Of a DNA stretch of 64,000 bases, positions 11,886 through 25,682 are shown piece by piece; position 1 is the first letter of the stretch; each line of letters opens with the position of its first letter. Made by a program: the position numbers and the translations under genes. The stretch lies in the NCBI RefSeq assembly GCF_009914755.1, contig NC_060934.1, one strand, 5' to 3'. The notes under the pieces were generated by a model. The model did not search any database and was not told the origin of the DNA. It was given only the letters and a program-made list of their open reading frames with translations. Origin of the DNA: the human T2T-CHM13v2.0 reference genome, Homo sapiens.

Positions 11886-13078
11886 AAATCCCAACACAGG
11901 CAAAAGCTGGAGATCCACGGCCCCAGAGCAAAGGTGCCTCTGAGAAGTCCCTGAGCCCACCCTTCCCCACGAGGCTGGGCTGGCACAGCACCGGTGACTG
12001 TCCCTGCATGTGCGCTCTGTGGGCACAGGCGCCTCCGTCATCTCTGGCCCTCGGGGCCCTACAGAGCACCTGGAAGTCTGGTCCTACTGAACCAGTGAAC
12101 AAACCAATCTCCAGCAATGACAAAACACCAGCTGGTCCAATAGGAAAAAAGCAAATGTTCTCAAGCCATAATACTGTATTTGTAGCTAAACATGTTTGAG
12201 CTTGAATTTTTGAGTGTGAAAGATTTTGTCTTATTTCCATTCGATTTTGTCCATTCGATTTTGCCTTATTTCCACTGAAAGGTTTCCTGGGACAGTGTCA
12301 AGCTCCTTTGCTGGAGTGAACGTTCTTGGAGAGGTGGCATTCCCTCTCCAAGCTGTTAGATGAAGCCAGCTAACTCTCCAATAGGAATTCCGACTGCTGG
12401 GTGCTTCCCGGGACCTGAAACTTCCAGCTTGCCGGCTTTTCCGATTCTAAGGGTTAGCCCAGGGACACTGTCATTGTCATCATTTAGTTCTCCCTGTGGC
12501 AAATGATTACATATCAGAAAGAGCAGAGGGGGGCTGCCCCTGAGATGGCCCACATCAAGGCACCAGCCAGCATTCTAAGCACCAGAGGTTGACCTGTGGC
12601 ACTCTCCCCAAGCCCCTACTTGGTAAGAGAAAAGCTCCACTGAACCCTTCTGGACACAAAGGGTTTTTACACAGCAGCCCAGAGTTCTGCCTGACTGAGC
12701 TGAATATGACGGTGAAATCCTTTGGCATGCTAGAAAAGAGAGGAACCATCTACAAAGGAGCTGTCAGGAGGGCATCTCTCAGAGCAAGAAACCAAGCTGG
12801 GCTCAGTGCTCCAGCCTGCCAAGCAGCCCCGGAGCGACCGCACAGCTGACGGTAGATGCTCCAAGGTTCTCTAATTACTCAACCCATTTCCACCTGGAGG
12901 GGCTCCAGCGCTTGGCTGGGGCAGACATCCCACAGCCTCAGCATCCTGACCCACTGTGGCTAAACGAGCTGGGCGCAAGGCAGGCGCACACCCCAGACTG
13001 TCTTGGTTCAACGAGACCTCAGGAGCGCTGGTGCACACACAAGTCTTCCAGCCCAAGATTACTCTGGTCCATCTAGCA

Positions 13079-13517
13079 CAGCAGTTCTCAAAGCGAGGTC
13101 TAGGGATCCTGGCAGTCTCAGGGAACCTCGTAGGGGGTCAGTGAGACCATAACTATTTTCTTAGTCATACTAAGACCTTAATGACTTTTCTCTCTCTCTC
13201 TCCCAGCCACCTTCCAGCCAGATGCTAAATTTGTAAAAATGTAAAAACAATGCCACACTTCTCCCTAATTTTTTTTTTTTTTTGGAAAATATAGTGATTG
13301 TTAATAAAAGTATGTTCTGTTATTTATGGTAACATGTAATGAGCTGCTCGATGTTATTTTTAAATGAAGTAATAAATATGTAAACCTCTTTTCACCTGCA
13401 ATCCAGTGTGGTAAGTACCTATAGATTTAGCCCACATAAACAAAAGCCCATTGAGATCCTCAGTAATTTTCTAAGAGCATAAAGGAGTCCAGAAACCAAA
13501 AAGTTTGAAACCCGCGG
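13079..13517 (+). mobile_element. hAT-Charlie DNA transposon deletion derivative (Charlie1-like)
   Basis: Terminal inverted repeats CAGCAGTTCTCAAA / TTTGAAACCCGCGG; internal AACTATTTTCTTAGTCATACTAAGAC and CCCACATAAACAAAAGC. Confidence 0.75.
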
Positions 13518-13839
13518 TTTTAATGATAAATGAACTATGTTTGCCAAAGAGCACTTAAGCCCTATCTTGACAAGATCCAAAGGTCCCTTACTTTAAAATT
13601 TTTGTTTTAACATAAATAAGAAGTAAAGTCACCACCGGTATCCAATTCCACTCTCCCTGGGTGTCTCTGGAAGTTCTGTGGGTGGTTTACAAGACAGGCA
13701 CATTGTGTACAGAAATGGGCAGTGCGGCATTCGGCAACATGAGCTCCGCAGCCCCACAGACCCTCTGGGTTCCTTGACTATGGAGTGGGACAGCAGAGAG
13801 GGGCTGCACCTGCTGCATAATTCATTGCCTTTGGTTCCA

Positions 13840-13995
13840 GCGGCACCACTTGGGTGATGTGGAAGTTGTTCAAGATCTCACCTCCTCATCCAGTGACAGG
13901 GAGGGTAACGACAGCTCCCACTTCCAAGGTTGCTGCAAAGAGCTCAGCCCAGGGCCTGGCACAAAGTAAATGCCAAGTACGTGTTGCTCGCCTCA
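13840..13995 (+). mobile_element. MIR SINE fragment
   Basis: CTCCTCATCCAGTGACAGGG...GGGCCTGGCACAAAGTAAATGC. Confidence 0.55.
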
Positions 13996-14645
13996 TCATC
14001 ACCCGCACCACCGTCACCGCCATCCACTCGTTCCTACAACCATGTCCCCGGCTCTGTGCATTCTAAGCTCCCTGAGTCCTATATGACGAGCAACTCTGCC
14101 CCCGGGTGTGGCTTTGCTTCCTAAGGGGAAGATGGGGTGATTCACAACATGGAAACATCCAGAGGGAGGGGGCCATGGATTCAGTCTCACTGAGTCAGTG
14201 GCTGCCCTTTGCTGGATCCCTCACATCACTGACTCAGACATAAGCACCTCTGAGAGCCCCTTATTCACAGTTACTCCAGGTCACAGAAGAAGCACGTGGC
14301 CAAGAGGCTGCCAGAGGGCTCCCACTGCCTATTCAGTCCAGACAATAGTGAATCTCCCCACTCTGTGCCCAGCAGTCTCAGAGCCAGCTCTGCTCACATC
14401 TTACTGTGTATCTGTGTGCCAATAATTGTATATTCTTGACAAAAATGTTCTTGAGATGACACATGCTCCAAACACCTCTAGACTCTGCCTCCGCCTCCGC
14501 CCCTCCGTTTTCCCTAATGGTACAAAGGCTGAAAGAGGATGACTATCAAGCTTAGCCATGTGGCATTTCCACATGACGTTTAGTGCTGTGGGTGCAGAGA
14601 AGTGTAGAGTAATGGGAATCTGCCCCCTCACAAATCCTACTTTAA

Positions 14646-14782
14646 TTTTTATTTTTAATTTTTTTAGAGAGAGGGTCTTGCTGTGTAGTCCAGGCTGGAC
14701 TTGAACTCCTGGACACAAGTGATCCTCCCACCTCTCAGCCTCCTGAGCAGCTGAGACTACAGGCACATACCACCACACCAGC
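14646..14782 (-). mobile_element. Free Alu monomer (FLAM-like)
   Basis: Single monomer with T-rich tail; degenerate TSD TCACAAATCCTACTTTAA / TCACAAGTTCTACTTCAA. Confidence 0.85.
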
Positions 14783-14894
14783 TCACAAGTTCTACTTCAA
14801 AGATCTCTCTCTGTTCTGGGGGGTATCACATTTAAAATCTTAAGCTTTGTCCTCCCTGATAAAAACTGGTTGGAAAAGTGAAAGAGAAAGAAGG

Positions 14895-15120
14895 ACATAT
14901 TTATTGAGAATTTTCTGGGTTAGATGGCAGGCACATGCTGAGGTACTTGCACAAAAATATCTCATTTAGTCCTCACTGCATCCCTGTGAAGATGGAGTCA
15001 TTATCTCCATTTATGGATGGGAAACTGAGGCCTCCAGTGGCTGGTGTCATAAGAACTAACAAAACCATAATGCAAGCCCAGGTCTGCCTAACTCGCAAAC
15101 GCTTACACTGACAACTACTG
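14895..15120 (-). mobile_element. MIR SINE
   Basis: ATCTCATTTAGTCCTCAC...ATTATCTCCATTTATGGATGGGAAACTGAGGC. Confidence 0.75.
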
Positions 15121-16176
15121 GGGAAGGGAAAACAATCCCAAGACTCCAGCATGGTATGGTACTTTTTCACATTGATGGTTCTTTTAAATTCTTGTTTTTC
15201 TTGGATGCAAAATTTCCTGCATAATTAATTGCCTTTGGAAATGACGAGCAATTTCCCATTCACTGAGTTGGAAATGCCCTGTAGAAATGTAAATGCCAAT
15301 GTGACTGCAGGATCCTCACTTGGGGTAATGCCTGGGATGGGTGTGGGGGAGTGTGGAGTCTCCCTGGGTGGAGCAGGACTCTAAGCCTGGCTGTGAGACC
15401 CAGGCCCACACTGGCCTGGGAGGTGGGGAGGCCGAGGGAAGAGGTGACTGCCAGAGGACCCTCCTGGCAGCATGGAAGAGGGTCCTGGCAGGTTCCCAGA
15501 GTCAGGTTCCTGGGGTGAGATGAGCCCATGCATGGGAGGAGGTTCTCTGATGTCGCACTTCCCTTCCCAGCCCAGCCCAGCCCTGCCCTGCCCTCCAGGG
15601 AGCCCTCCTTAAGTCACTGAATGCTAATTAAACACAGGACATGCTCCTCTCCTTAAATACAGCCAGCCTGTAACTAAGGGGACAGATTTCCCCACGCGAA
15701 GATGAGACTGCTCTGGGTCACAGGCTATTGACGTCTTCCTTCTCCCCATTCTTTTGCACCCCATTTGTTGCTCCGTGGATGAAACATCTTTGAAAACAGC
15801 TGTAGGAAACGGAAACACCCCCTTCCCTGGGAATTAGAAAAAAAAATGATCATGAAATTTATCCAGTTGGGTTAGTTCAGGCCTGGGCTTGAGGGGCTTG
15901 CAGCTGGTGTAGTATGCCTGTGCACTTCACGAGTGCTAGCAGGAGGTGGCTGGTGGACAGAGCAGAAGGGTTCTCTTTGAAGAGAGACAAGCTGCACAGA
16001 GCAGTAGAGGAGATCAGCTGAGGTCTCCCTCAGCCACCTGCAGTTGAACAAGGTGGTCTGAAGTCCAGGGACCCATAGACCCCCTTTGAGTACCCCCGCC
16101 CACCTCCTCTTCTTCACGTCTGGTAAAGATCCAGAGGTCTTGCTTCCATCACACCTTTCACCAGCACTGTACTCTC

Positions 16177-16326
16177 TCTCTCTCTTTTTTCTTTTTTGAG
16201 ATTGAGTTTCACGCTTGTTGCCCAGGCTGGAGGGCAATGGTGCGATCTCCACTCACTGCAGCCTCCACCTCCCAGGTTCAAGCGATTCTCCTACCTCAGC
16301 CTCTGGAGTAGTTGGGATTACAGGTG
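16177..16326 (-). mobile_element. 5'-truncated Alu (right arm only, AluSp/Sq-like)
   Basis: Alu right-arm sequence with TSD CAGCACTGTACTCTC (16162-16176) / CAGCAATGTACTCTC (16327-16341). Confidence 0.9.
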
Positions 16327-17610
16327 CAGCAATGTACTCTCAAGATGCAATCCACAAAATGGAGGGCTTCCTGATGATTAACATAATGGCCACAAGCCAG
16401 GGAGAAGGCAGGAAGGTGAAACACCTGGATGACCCCAAACTGGTGACACCATGGATTATTTAGAGCTGGTTGTTGCTCTGCGACAGCAAAGAATTCATCT
16501 GCTCTGTGAGACACAGCCAGATCCCTGATGTCCACTGCCTTCAGGTAGGTGAGGGTTGAGGACACTGACTGCCAGTGATGGTTCAGCAGGGAGTTAAGGA
16601 ATCCAAATCAGGTGAGTGTGCATGCCTGGGAGGGGGTGCACCACCCACACATGCAGGACCCTCACTGTCCAGCAGATTGTGCCCAATAAATATGCCTGGA
16701 CTGAATAATTGAGCTAATAATATTAATAGTAAAGCCAGCGTGGCCTGGAAGGGTATTTTTTTCCTATTTGTAGAAACGACTCTTTTGAAATCAGTAAGCT
16801 GTCACAGAGAAAGCACTCTATTATAAGCAACGAGTGTTCAAAAGGAAATTTGATAAAGAACTTAATGAGCTTGTATTACCTGAGTAGCTTTTGTTTTATT
16901 TTTTAAACGATGCTAAGAGGCTCTTATGGACATGATGGTCTACCTCTCTTTAAAAACTGTCTTTAACACTGATGCTGTCTTAATTGCTGAGCCATAAAGA
17001 GTGTCTGGATTCAGAGGCTGGCCAGAATTATCATTCTGGCTGTCTGGAACTAAAGGTAGTAAAGGCTGAACGGTGTAAGAACATTGTATTCCTATCATGA
17101 AAGACAGTCATCTGGAAATAGTGACAGAAACCAGGTTTCAGAGTTAGGAAGACTGAGCTGATTCCTACGTCCTCTGTGTGGAAGCAGGGTGACCCTTGGG
17201 CTGGCCACTCCACTGATCATCCCCTTGCAGGGTGGCTGGTCTGATGAGAGATCACGTTTGTGTGGGTGTACCTCAGCAGTGATCATCATCAGCACCCAGT
17301 GAATGCGTTGTTGTTGTTTTGTTTTCTTTTTTTACTTCCTATGCCTTCCTCAAACCCACAGTCCTGGGCCTTTGTCTTGTGACTCTCTTCCATGCCAGTC
17401 ATTGGCCAGTCCAGCTCAGATGGCAGCTTCTCCAGGAAGCCTTGCTAACAGCCACTCTAAGCTGGCTGTTCTCACCTCCCATAGCACTTTGTCCCTTCCT
17501 GCCAGAGACTGCCACACCATGCTGTCATGACTGTGTGTGTGCTTGCCTTCCTCTCTGCACTGTAGGTGAAATATCAGGTTGTTATTCCTGGCACAGTAAG
17601 TGCAGGCCAG

Positions 17611-17930
17611 ATGGATGGATGGGTGGGTGGGTGGGTGGGTGGGTGGATGGATGGATGGATGGATGGGTGGGTGGGTGGGTGGGTGGGTGGATGGATGGAT
17701 GGATGGATGGATGGATGGATGGATGGGTGGATGGGTGGATGGATAGATAAATGGATGAGTGGATGGATTAATGGATGGATAGATGGTGGGATGGGGGATG
17801 GAAGTAGAGATAGATTGATGGAGAGAGGAACAAAGGTATGAATAGATGGATGATGGACAGATGGATGAATGGAAAACTGAATGGATAAATGGAAGGAGAG
17901 AGAAATGGGCGGAGAAACAGATGGACGGAT
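17611..17930 (+). repeat. (TGGA)n / (GGGT)n tetranucleotide array following an L2 3' end
   Basis: Preceded by L2 terminus CCTGGCACAGTAAGTGC; two (GGGT)6 blocks at 17621-17644 and 17665-17688. Confidence 0.92.
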
Positions 17931-17949
17931 ATACTTCCTATGTACTAAA

Positions 17950-18700
17950 TTGTGTCCCTCTGAGTTCTCCTCTGTTCTCTGAGTGATTGACACCAATGAC
18001 CATCTCCCTTTTCTTCCTAAGACTCTGTTCCCCTTTGGCTTTTCAAGGCCCTTTGCTGGGTTCTCCAACTCTCCAACTTCTAAGTCCTCTTCAGACACCT
18101 CCACCACACACCTGGTGCTCCCGAGATTCAGCCTTTGGTCCATTTCTCTTCTCACCCACTTTCTCTAGAGAACAAATCTTACCAAGCATCTTTAACAACA
18201 ACCTCTATGTGAATGATTGTAACCCCACCCCTATATCCCAGCCCCTTCTCTGAGATTTAGTCATGTTTTAAATGTATTCATTCAGTAAAGATTTAGTCAG
18301 TACCCTCCATGGTGTCCAGTGGGTCTCCCAAATTCCTGTCCTGTTCTTGTGGGACTCTGCGCTCATCGCTTCTCATGGGTCAACTGCAAGAGCTTCCTAA
18401 CTTGATTGCAGCCACTATCTCTACCACTCCAACTCTGCCTCCATGTTGCTCCCACCTGGGAGCTCTCTGATGCTCTCCTAAACCTTTGATGGATAAAATC
18501 CAGCACCCCTCTGACACAGGAGGCCCCAATATCTTGCCTTTCTATGGCACCGAGTTTTCTTCCTCTGACGCCATGACAGTCCCCAAGGCCCCTTCTTCCC
18601 ACCTCAACCACTGTGTCCCCTCCAAACTAAGCTCCCCTTCTTCTGCTTCACTTCCCTGCTCCTTGTCCACCAAGGCCTGATCTGAACATGGCTCCTGAGA
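17950..18700 (+). mobile_element. L2 LINE fragments
   Basis: TGACACCAATGACCATCTCCCTTTTCTT and GGATAAAATCCAGCACCC; CT-rich L2-type sequence. Confidence 0.55.
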
Positions 18701-20443
18701 CCCTCTGCTGTGACACTGCTTCCCCAAAGAAATACAGGCTCTCTGTTTGGGCCTCCTAGGTGGATTCCATTCCATTCCTTTTCCATCCGCATTCACACTC
18801 GAAGACGATAAAAGATGGTCTGGTGCCATGAGTCCATCTGTCCACAATGATCAACACAATATGCAAATGCAAAGACAAGGAGTCCCTGCTTTTTTCTCTC
18901 TCTGAGCCAAGAGTGGAAAAAGTGATTGGTAGGACTTGGGCAGGTGAAGAAAGACGTGCTGAGGAAAACGAGGCAGAGACCCTGAGCTTGGGCAGATGCA
19001 GGGAGGGGACCAGCTGGAGAGAGGGAGAACAGGGAGTAAAACTAGACAGGGACAGGCTCCAGCAGGGGCAGACAAATGGCTTCACACCCACCTCTGCCAA
19101 CAGAGAGATAATGAATGAGAGAGAAGGCAGGTCATAGCTGGGCAGGTCATAGCTGGCTCCTGCCTGGTCCAGGGCTCAGGTTACCTCTGAGAGCCCGAGC
19201 TGATAGAGCTCTGCCGCTGCTGAGTGGAGCTGAAGGGCCACACATGCACATCAGGAGGTGGCGCAGGCAGAAGGGGCACTCTGGAAGAGCCAGCAGGAAG
19301 GTGCCCCTCCCCATGGGATGGAGTCAAAGAACACCAGGGTGGGCAGCAGCAGATGTCAGAGAACCTGCTTGCCCTTCTCTCAGGGTCTTGATGAATCTGC
19401 TGTAGGCACATAGGAGTCCAGCGGCCCCCAGAGCAGACAGGGTAGCAGGCAGCTCGTGCAGGTGGGGCATATTAAAAACGAGCCATTCAGCACTCCGAAT
19501 GCATTGCTAAAGACACCCATGTAATCATTTGAAATGAAAACTGCTCAAATGAACTGGAAAATGTTTTACTTGTATTTTCTCATATTCTAGAAACTTTCTT
19601 TCCATGGTTCAAAAGTTTGCATTGTCTAATTGCTGATTTCCATTTGTGAATGAATCAGCGTAAAATAAAATTAAGTGCCAAATTAATCTACCCATCTAGT
19701 TTTAGGCATTAATTATCCTCTGAGCCATTTTCTCCTGCGCTTGCTGCATGTCAAGGCAAGCCCGGATATAGTGATGTGGGATCCAGTTTTTGACTCAGGA
19801 ATTTAAGCCCAAACAGTAGAGGATGTCCTTGATCTCTAAGATCCACAGTTTATTGTGTGAAGGGGGTCTCATTCCAGGCAAACGAAACACATTTCTCACC
19901 TTTTAAAGGTGCACTAACACTGTCAGACCAAATAAATTATGGGAGCAGAAATTCGCTGCATGGTTTTATGACACGTTCCCCAGTTGCCTGATCGACCAAC
20001 TAACAACATTACATTTCCTCTAAGTGTCACGGGGTCACCCCCAGTGTGGCAAATGTGGGGCTGACAAGGGCAGAATTTTGGAAATTGCATGTGCTGTTCT
20101 CCTGGAGCTGTGCCAAGGGAGGCCTTCTTGGTTCTGCTAAAAATCCCCCAGGCCTCCAAGATACAATGATAGGGTCCTTGATCCCTGGGGAATGGTAGAA
20201 CCATATATGGTGATTTCATCAAAGCCACCACTCTTGGAGACTACGGGGACAGAGAGTTGGACACCAGGAAGAACAAGTGTATCATATCTCCAGCAGGGTC
20301 AAGAGAACCTTGGGGACTGAGGACATAGAGCCGCTGACCAATTTCCTTTTGAGGTTCAGCATTATCAGAATCTTTCTAAAAGGAGTGAGATACCCTTGAC
20401 CCAGCACTGTTGGCAAAGAGGAATGCAAATGTAACATTCAATT

Positions 20444-20742
20444 TCCAACTCTTGGGAGGCTGAGGCAGGAGGATCACTCCAGGCCAGGAGCCCAAGAGCA
20501 GCCTGGGCAACATAGCAAGACCCTGTCTCTAAAAATAATTAATTAATTAATTAAAAGAAATTAGCCAGGCATGGTAGCATGCACCTGTAGTCCCAGCTAC
20601 ATGGGAGGCTGAGATGAGGGGATCGCTAGAGCCCAGGAGTTAGAGGCTACAGAGAGCCTCAACTGCAACACTGCACTCCAGCCTAGGTAACAGAATGAGA
20701 CTCTGTCTCTAAAAAATAATAATTAAATAAAAGAAAAAAGAG
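20444..20742 (+). mobile_element. AluJ, slightly 5'-truncated
   Basis: GGAGGATCACT...GCAACATAGCAAGACCCTGTCTCT AluJ diagnostics; flanking CATTCAATT duplication. Confidence 0.9.
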
Positions 20743-23700
20743 AAGCATTCAATTCTACCTAGTAACATACTGCCAGAAAACGTAGAGCGTGGACTACTGG
20801 TGTTCAAGGTGGAGGGCTGGCCCTGATTGGAACCCCTTAGGATGTAGCTCCCCAGAGCAAAATGTCATGCTTTGGAAACAATGGCTGCATAGGTGAGTAT
20901 AAACTAGGTGTTGTCACTCAGGCACCCAAGGATGCAGCAGCTCTGCTGCACGTGCTGAATGCCCCAGAAGGGCAAGGCCACTAAACCACCAAGCACACCC
21001 TGAGTTTTTTCTCAACAGCGACCCCATGTGGCAGCAGCTAAAGCTACCAGCAAGCGGGCGGCTTCGCAGGCTTGGGGGTCCCTCTTTGCTTGGCACTGGA
21101 AGCAGAAGGCGTTTTGGAGTCTACCTCTGTGGTTCTTCGATGGAAACATGAGGGAGCATGCCCAAGGGGAAGGTGCTGGACCGCCTGGTAATGAAGAATA
21201 GCTGAGGTACCTGAGCTGTTAATTAAAACAGTAAAGAGAGAGGAACATATTTGTGGCACCTGAGCCAGCGCTCAGACAGGAGGGAAAGTATAAGTTTAAA
21301 TTACACAGATTTGCATCAGGCACAAAAGGTTATGCTTCCATTCGGCCCAAACCAGTCCTGACATCCTTCCAGGCACTAAGAAAAGCAACCAGAGGAAACC
21401 TGGCAGGGGAGGCACTGCTTCGGGGGAAGACTGTGAGGCTTTGAAATTCCATCACACCCTTCTAATAATACCTCTGCATTTGCTTTTCTGTAGACAAGCT
21501 TGGAGGCCCAAACAGTCAGGCTCTGACTCTCCCCAACTACCTCAAGGGGAAAGGAATCTGTCAGCTTCCCTAAAATGGAAAAGGAAAAAGGAAAACAAAG
21601 TCAAACGGAAAAGCTAATGTTGCTTCCCATCTGTTTGAAGGCATGAGGCGGAAGAGAGACAGGTTCTGTGCAGAGGCACTGTCGGACCCTGGGGAAGGAA
21701 ACCTGTAGGCCCTGAGTTGGAAAATATTAAATTCAGGGAGCTTTTAATGAGCTTGAACAGCTCTTTGATGGTTGCTGATGTTAAGATGGAAATGGAGCAT
21801 TTGAAAGTGTGAGCTTTCGAAGAATATGGTTTTTAGGAAGCAAGTTTCCCTCTTGCCATCCCTTCCCTTTGGGGCTATTCAAATGAGACCTCAAGTCATC
21901 ACATCAGTGGTGAGGTTAGGGTTATAGCAACTGTAATGTGAGACCCAAAGAACCTCCAGCTCCAGCTAGTACCAGCTGCTACTCTGGGTAGAACAACAAC
22001 GGCCTCACAGAGATGGATTGAGAAGGGATGGGATAAAAGGCATAAAATTAAAGACAAGAGTAATAAAATCTGATGGAAGCAAACACTGCTAGCCAACCTA
22101 GCAGCTCAAATTATATTTAGCACCTCTGAGAGGGAGGGGGTAATCATGAGTAATAAATCCAGGCTCTGGAAAGAAATTATGGGCTAAATCACTTGACAAT
22201 GGGTAACACCAGGGAAGTCACGGATTCACCTTCCCAGGAAAGGCTCAAGACAGTGTATAAAACCCATCAATCACACTGAGACAAATTTCACTGGGTAGGG
22301 CCCCAGGACAGTCTAGATCTGGATTCCTAAACAGCCTCTGAGCTTCTCCCAGAGCCAGAAACGTGGCAGCAGCACAGACACGCCACTAGTCCCACCATCC
22401 AGCCCAGGGATCCTTCACCCCACTGCATGGTGGCTGCTGTCCACTCCAGGAAGATCGGGCAAAGTCAATACATAGACAAGGGCTGTCTGCTTCCTGTTGT
22501 ACATTTCTGTGCCGTCAGCTGAGTCCACTCCCTGCTATCAGGGATGTCACAAACAGTTCCTGAAACTTGTTCCTTCCTCAGCCTGAGGCCCTAGACATCA
22601 CCTAAACCATCCTGTTATCTGCAGGTTCCTCCCATCGCCTCCCCCAGAGCCCTCTAAGTTCTCAACTCCCAGCTATTCTCACTACAGCTTAGCAGGAAAG
22701 CAATTTGATCTAATGAATTCTCACCAACCCTCAAAGGATACTCTCTTTTTAGAAGAACAAGCCAGAGAATGCAAATTATCTGCTCAATATGGGCTTTCTC
22801 AATATGTGTGGGGGAGGTCTCAGACCTTCTCTGGCCATCTTGTGTAAGATAAACCTGGGAGAACAGGAAGGAAAGGCTCCATCACCACCACCTCTCCCAC
22901 CTCCCAGCCATCGTTCAATAGATGGAAGACTCATCCACAGCTCCATTTCTACCCCATACAGCTTCCCATCTTGAGGCAGGAACAAAAGCCCAGGTCTCCT
23001 GGCTTGGACCCATCAGTGGACAAGATCACATCTTATTATAGAGACAGGGAGGAGCTGTCTGGCATTAAGCCAAGTAAGACCCTAGAAATCCAGTCCTACT
23101 CCCAGAATGGGGATCCCTTCTGCTTAGAGACTACAGGGGGCCAGGAATTGGAGTTTCACATCCAGAGATCTTCAGGATCTCTGCTCCATCCCATCGCTGG
23201 ACCCCGAGCAAAGCTCCCTGCAGCTTCTTGGCTGCATTCATTTTATTCATCTTCAGCAGAGGGTGCTTCGACACCCTAATTGATTGGCTTCCCCAGGTTC
23301 CTGGCTTGCTGAGGCTCTGCCTCTTTCTCAGGACCCTTCTGGCACACCCATCCCTGCTCCTAGCCCACAGCTAAGAGGGCCTCAATGAAACAGGGGCTTG
23401 GAAGTGAGGAAGGGTCCTTGTATTGCATTGCTGGAACACCTGTTTCTTCCCAAGATGCAAACTCAGTTCATAAGACGCTTGGTCATCCGAGTCCTTCCTC
23501 ATACAGCAGGTCACTTGCTTCCAACTTTTTTTAGAAAGGAGGAGAAACATTACTCCCAAAAAGTCTTCAGCATGAGAGGGTTATACAGATGACAAGGACT
23601 TACAGTTTTCTTTGGTCATTATTACAGCTGGTTTAAGGAAAGAGTGGGTTCCCATTCTACCAGAATAAAACTTAAGTTGAACAGAAACTCAGAATCTTCA

Positions 23701-24030
23701 ACATCACAGACATTATTTTTTCTGCTCTTGGCTTTTTAGAAACGGGGAACCAATAGGAAACAAGTACATGGTCATAAACCCATCTGCTTGTCCACTGGCT
23801 TAGCATATATTGAGGGCTTCTACCTGGGGACAAAGTACAGCTGTTTTTCAATATGATACCCCAAATCTACCTGCTTCGATCAGCAATTGAATTCAACACT
23901 AAGTTCTGGGAAGGACACACATGAAATGTTTAACAGTGACTGCCTGAAGCTTGGGGGTGAATGGGAGCAGAGTGAAGGGTAACTTTATCTTTTCACTCTA
24001 CCTACGTCTATATTGCTGTTTGTGGTTTAT

Positions 24031-24655
<625 letters not shown>

Positions 24656-25339
24656 AGTTTTTTCTTTTTTAAACACAGAAAATGTATTCATGGACTCCTT
24701 CAGATATCAAAGTAAATTCAGAAATGGCCAAAAAGCAAAAAGAAGTGAATGCTTTCAACAACATCATCCAGGCTCAGCAGGTTTCTGGTGGAGGCTGAGA
24801 TCTGGGAGATGAGCTAAGTGGGAAGGTGACCTCTTCACAGCGACAGAACAGTCCAGAACAGACCCAGGCATTCAAAGTTCTCCCCAAGGCTGGACACTGC
24901 TCAGTCCCTCTCACTGGTCTCTTCCAAGTTTCTGCCCCTGAAGGTCAAAAGCCTCCAAAGCTCCAGCCAGCTCCTCTCGACTTAATCACTGGCAGCCCTC
25001 AGGACTTGAGCAGCAGGTGTGTGCCTTAAGGTCACCTCACCCCAGGTGACCCTCTCACCTGAGAGGTATCCAGGAAAGGCAGTGGTATTTTACCTCATTC
25101 CAGCATCCCTCAAAGCATTCTCAGGTTAAAGATGGGAACTTTCCCCAGCAGGGAGGCCTGAATAGCTTCTGAAGAACCCCGTGGCAGACACAGAGGTCAG
25201 ATTTTTGCCAATCCATTCAAATGGACTGGGCTCCCCTCCCTCCTCTACCTTGGTAGAAGCACAGAAAAGGGAGCTTGGCAGCCGAAGCAGCCGCCAAGAC
25301 TTTCCCTGTCACCTCATTAATCACCAGCTGCCAGTGCCC

Positions 25340-25345
25340 ACTTAC
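25340..25345 (-). promoter_or_regulatory. GFRA1: 5' splice donor GTAAGT
   Basis: Perfect consensus CAG|GTAAGT on the minus strand. Confidence 0.95.
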
Positions 25346-25682
25346 CTGCAGATGTAATTCGTCTTGCAGGAGTCCTGCAAATTCAAACAGTTGGGCTTCT
25401 CCCTCTCTTCATAGGAGCACACAGGCACGATGGTCTGTCGCCTCCGCTCTGTGCAGGCGATGTCCCGGCAGGAGCAGAAGAGCATTCCGTAGCTGTGCTT
25501 GGCCGGGACCTTGTCAAAGAACTGCCGGAGGGCCTTGTGGCACTTGCGGCGGTTGCAGACATCGTTGGACACGCTGGTGGTGCACGGGGTGATGTACGCC
25601 GACCTGTACTTCTTGCAAATGTCGTCGAGGTTGCAGGCCTTCGCTGCATCCAGGCAGTTGTTCCCTTTGGGAATGTGCTCCA
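25346..25682 (-). CDS. GFRA1: Internal coding exon (337 nt) of GDNF family receptor alpha-1: domain D2 and start of D3, approx. residues 145-257
   Basis: Translation (V)EHIPKGNNCLDAAKACNLDDICKKYRSAYITPCTTSVSNDVCNRRKCHKALRQFFDKVPAKHSYGMLFCSCRDIACTERRRQTIVPVCSYEEREKPNCLNLQDSCKTNYIC(R) is recognisable GFRalpha1, including the GFRalpha cysteine pattern and the MLF and RRR ligand-binding triplets. Minus-strand acceptor CTTTCTCTGCATTTGCAG|TG and donor TGCAG|GTAAGT. 2+111x3+2=337 nt. The 'M' in the ORF track is a GTG spanning the acceptor, not a start codon. Confidence 0.98.

Noticed and set aside
17319-18155. 143-aa and 193-aa ORFs rich in GWMD / HPSI
   Set aside because: Translation of the (TGGA)n/(GGGT)n repeat and L2.
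25030-25051. GGTCA...TGACC inverted half-sites near the exon
   Set aside because: The spacer is 12 bp rather than 3, so it is not an ERE. No perfect ERE was seen in the window.
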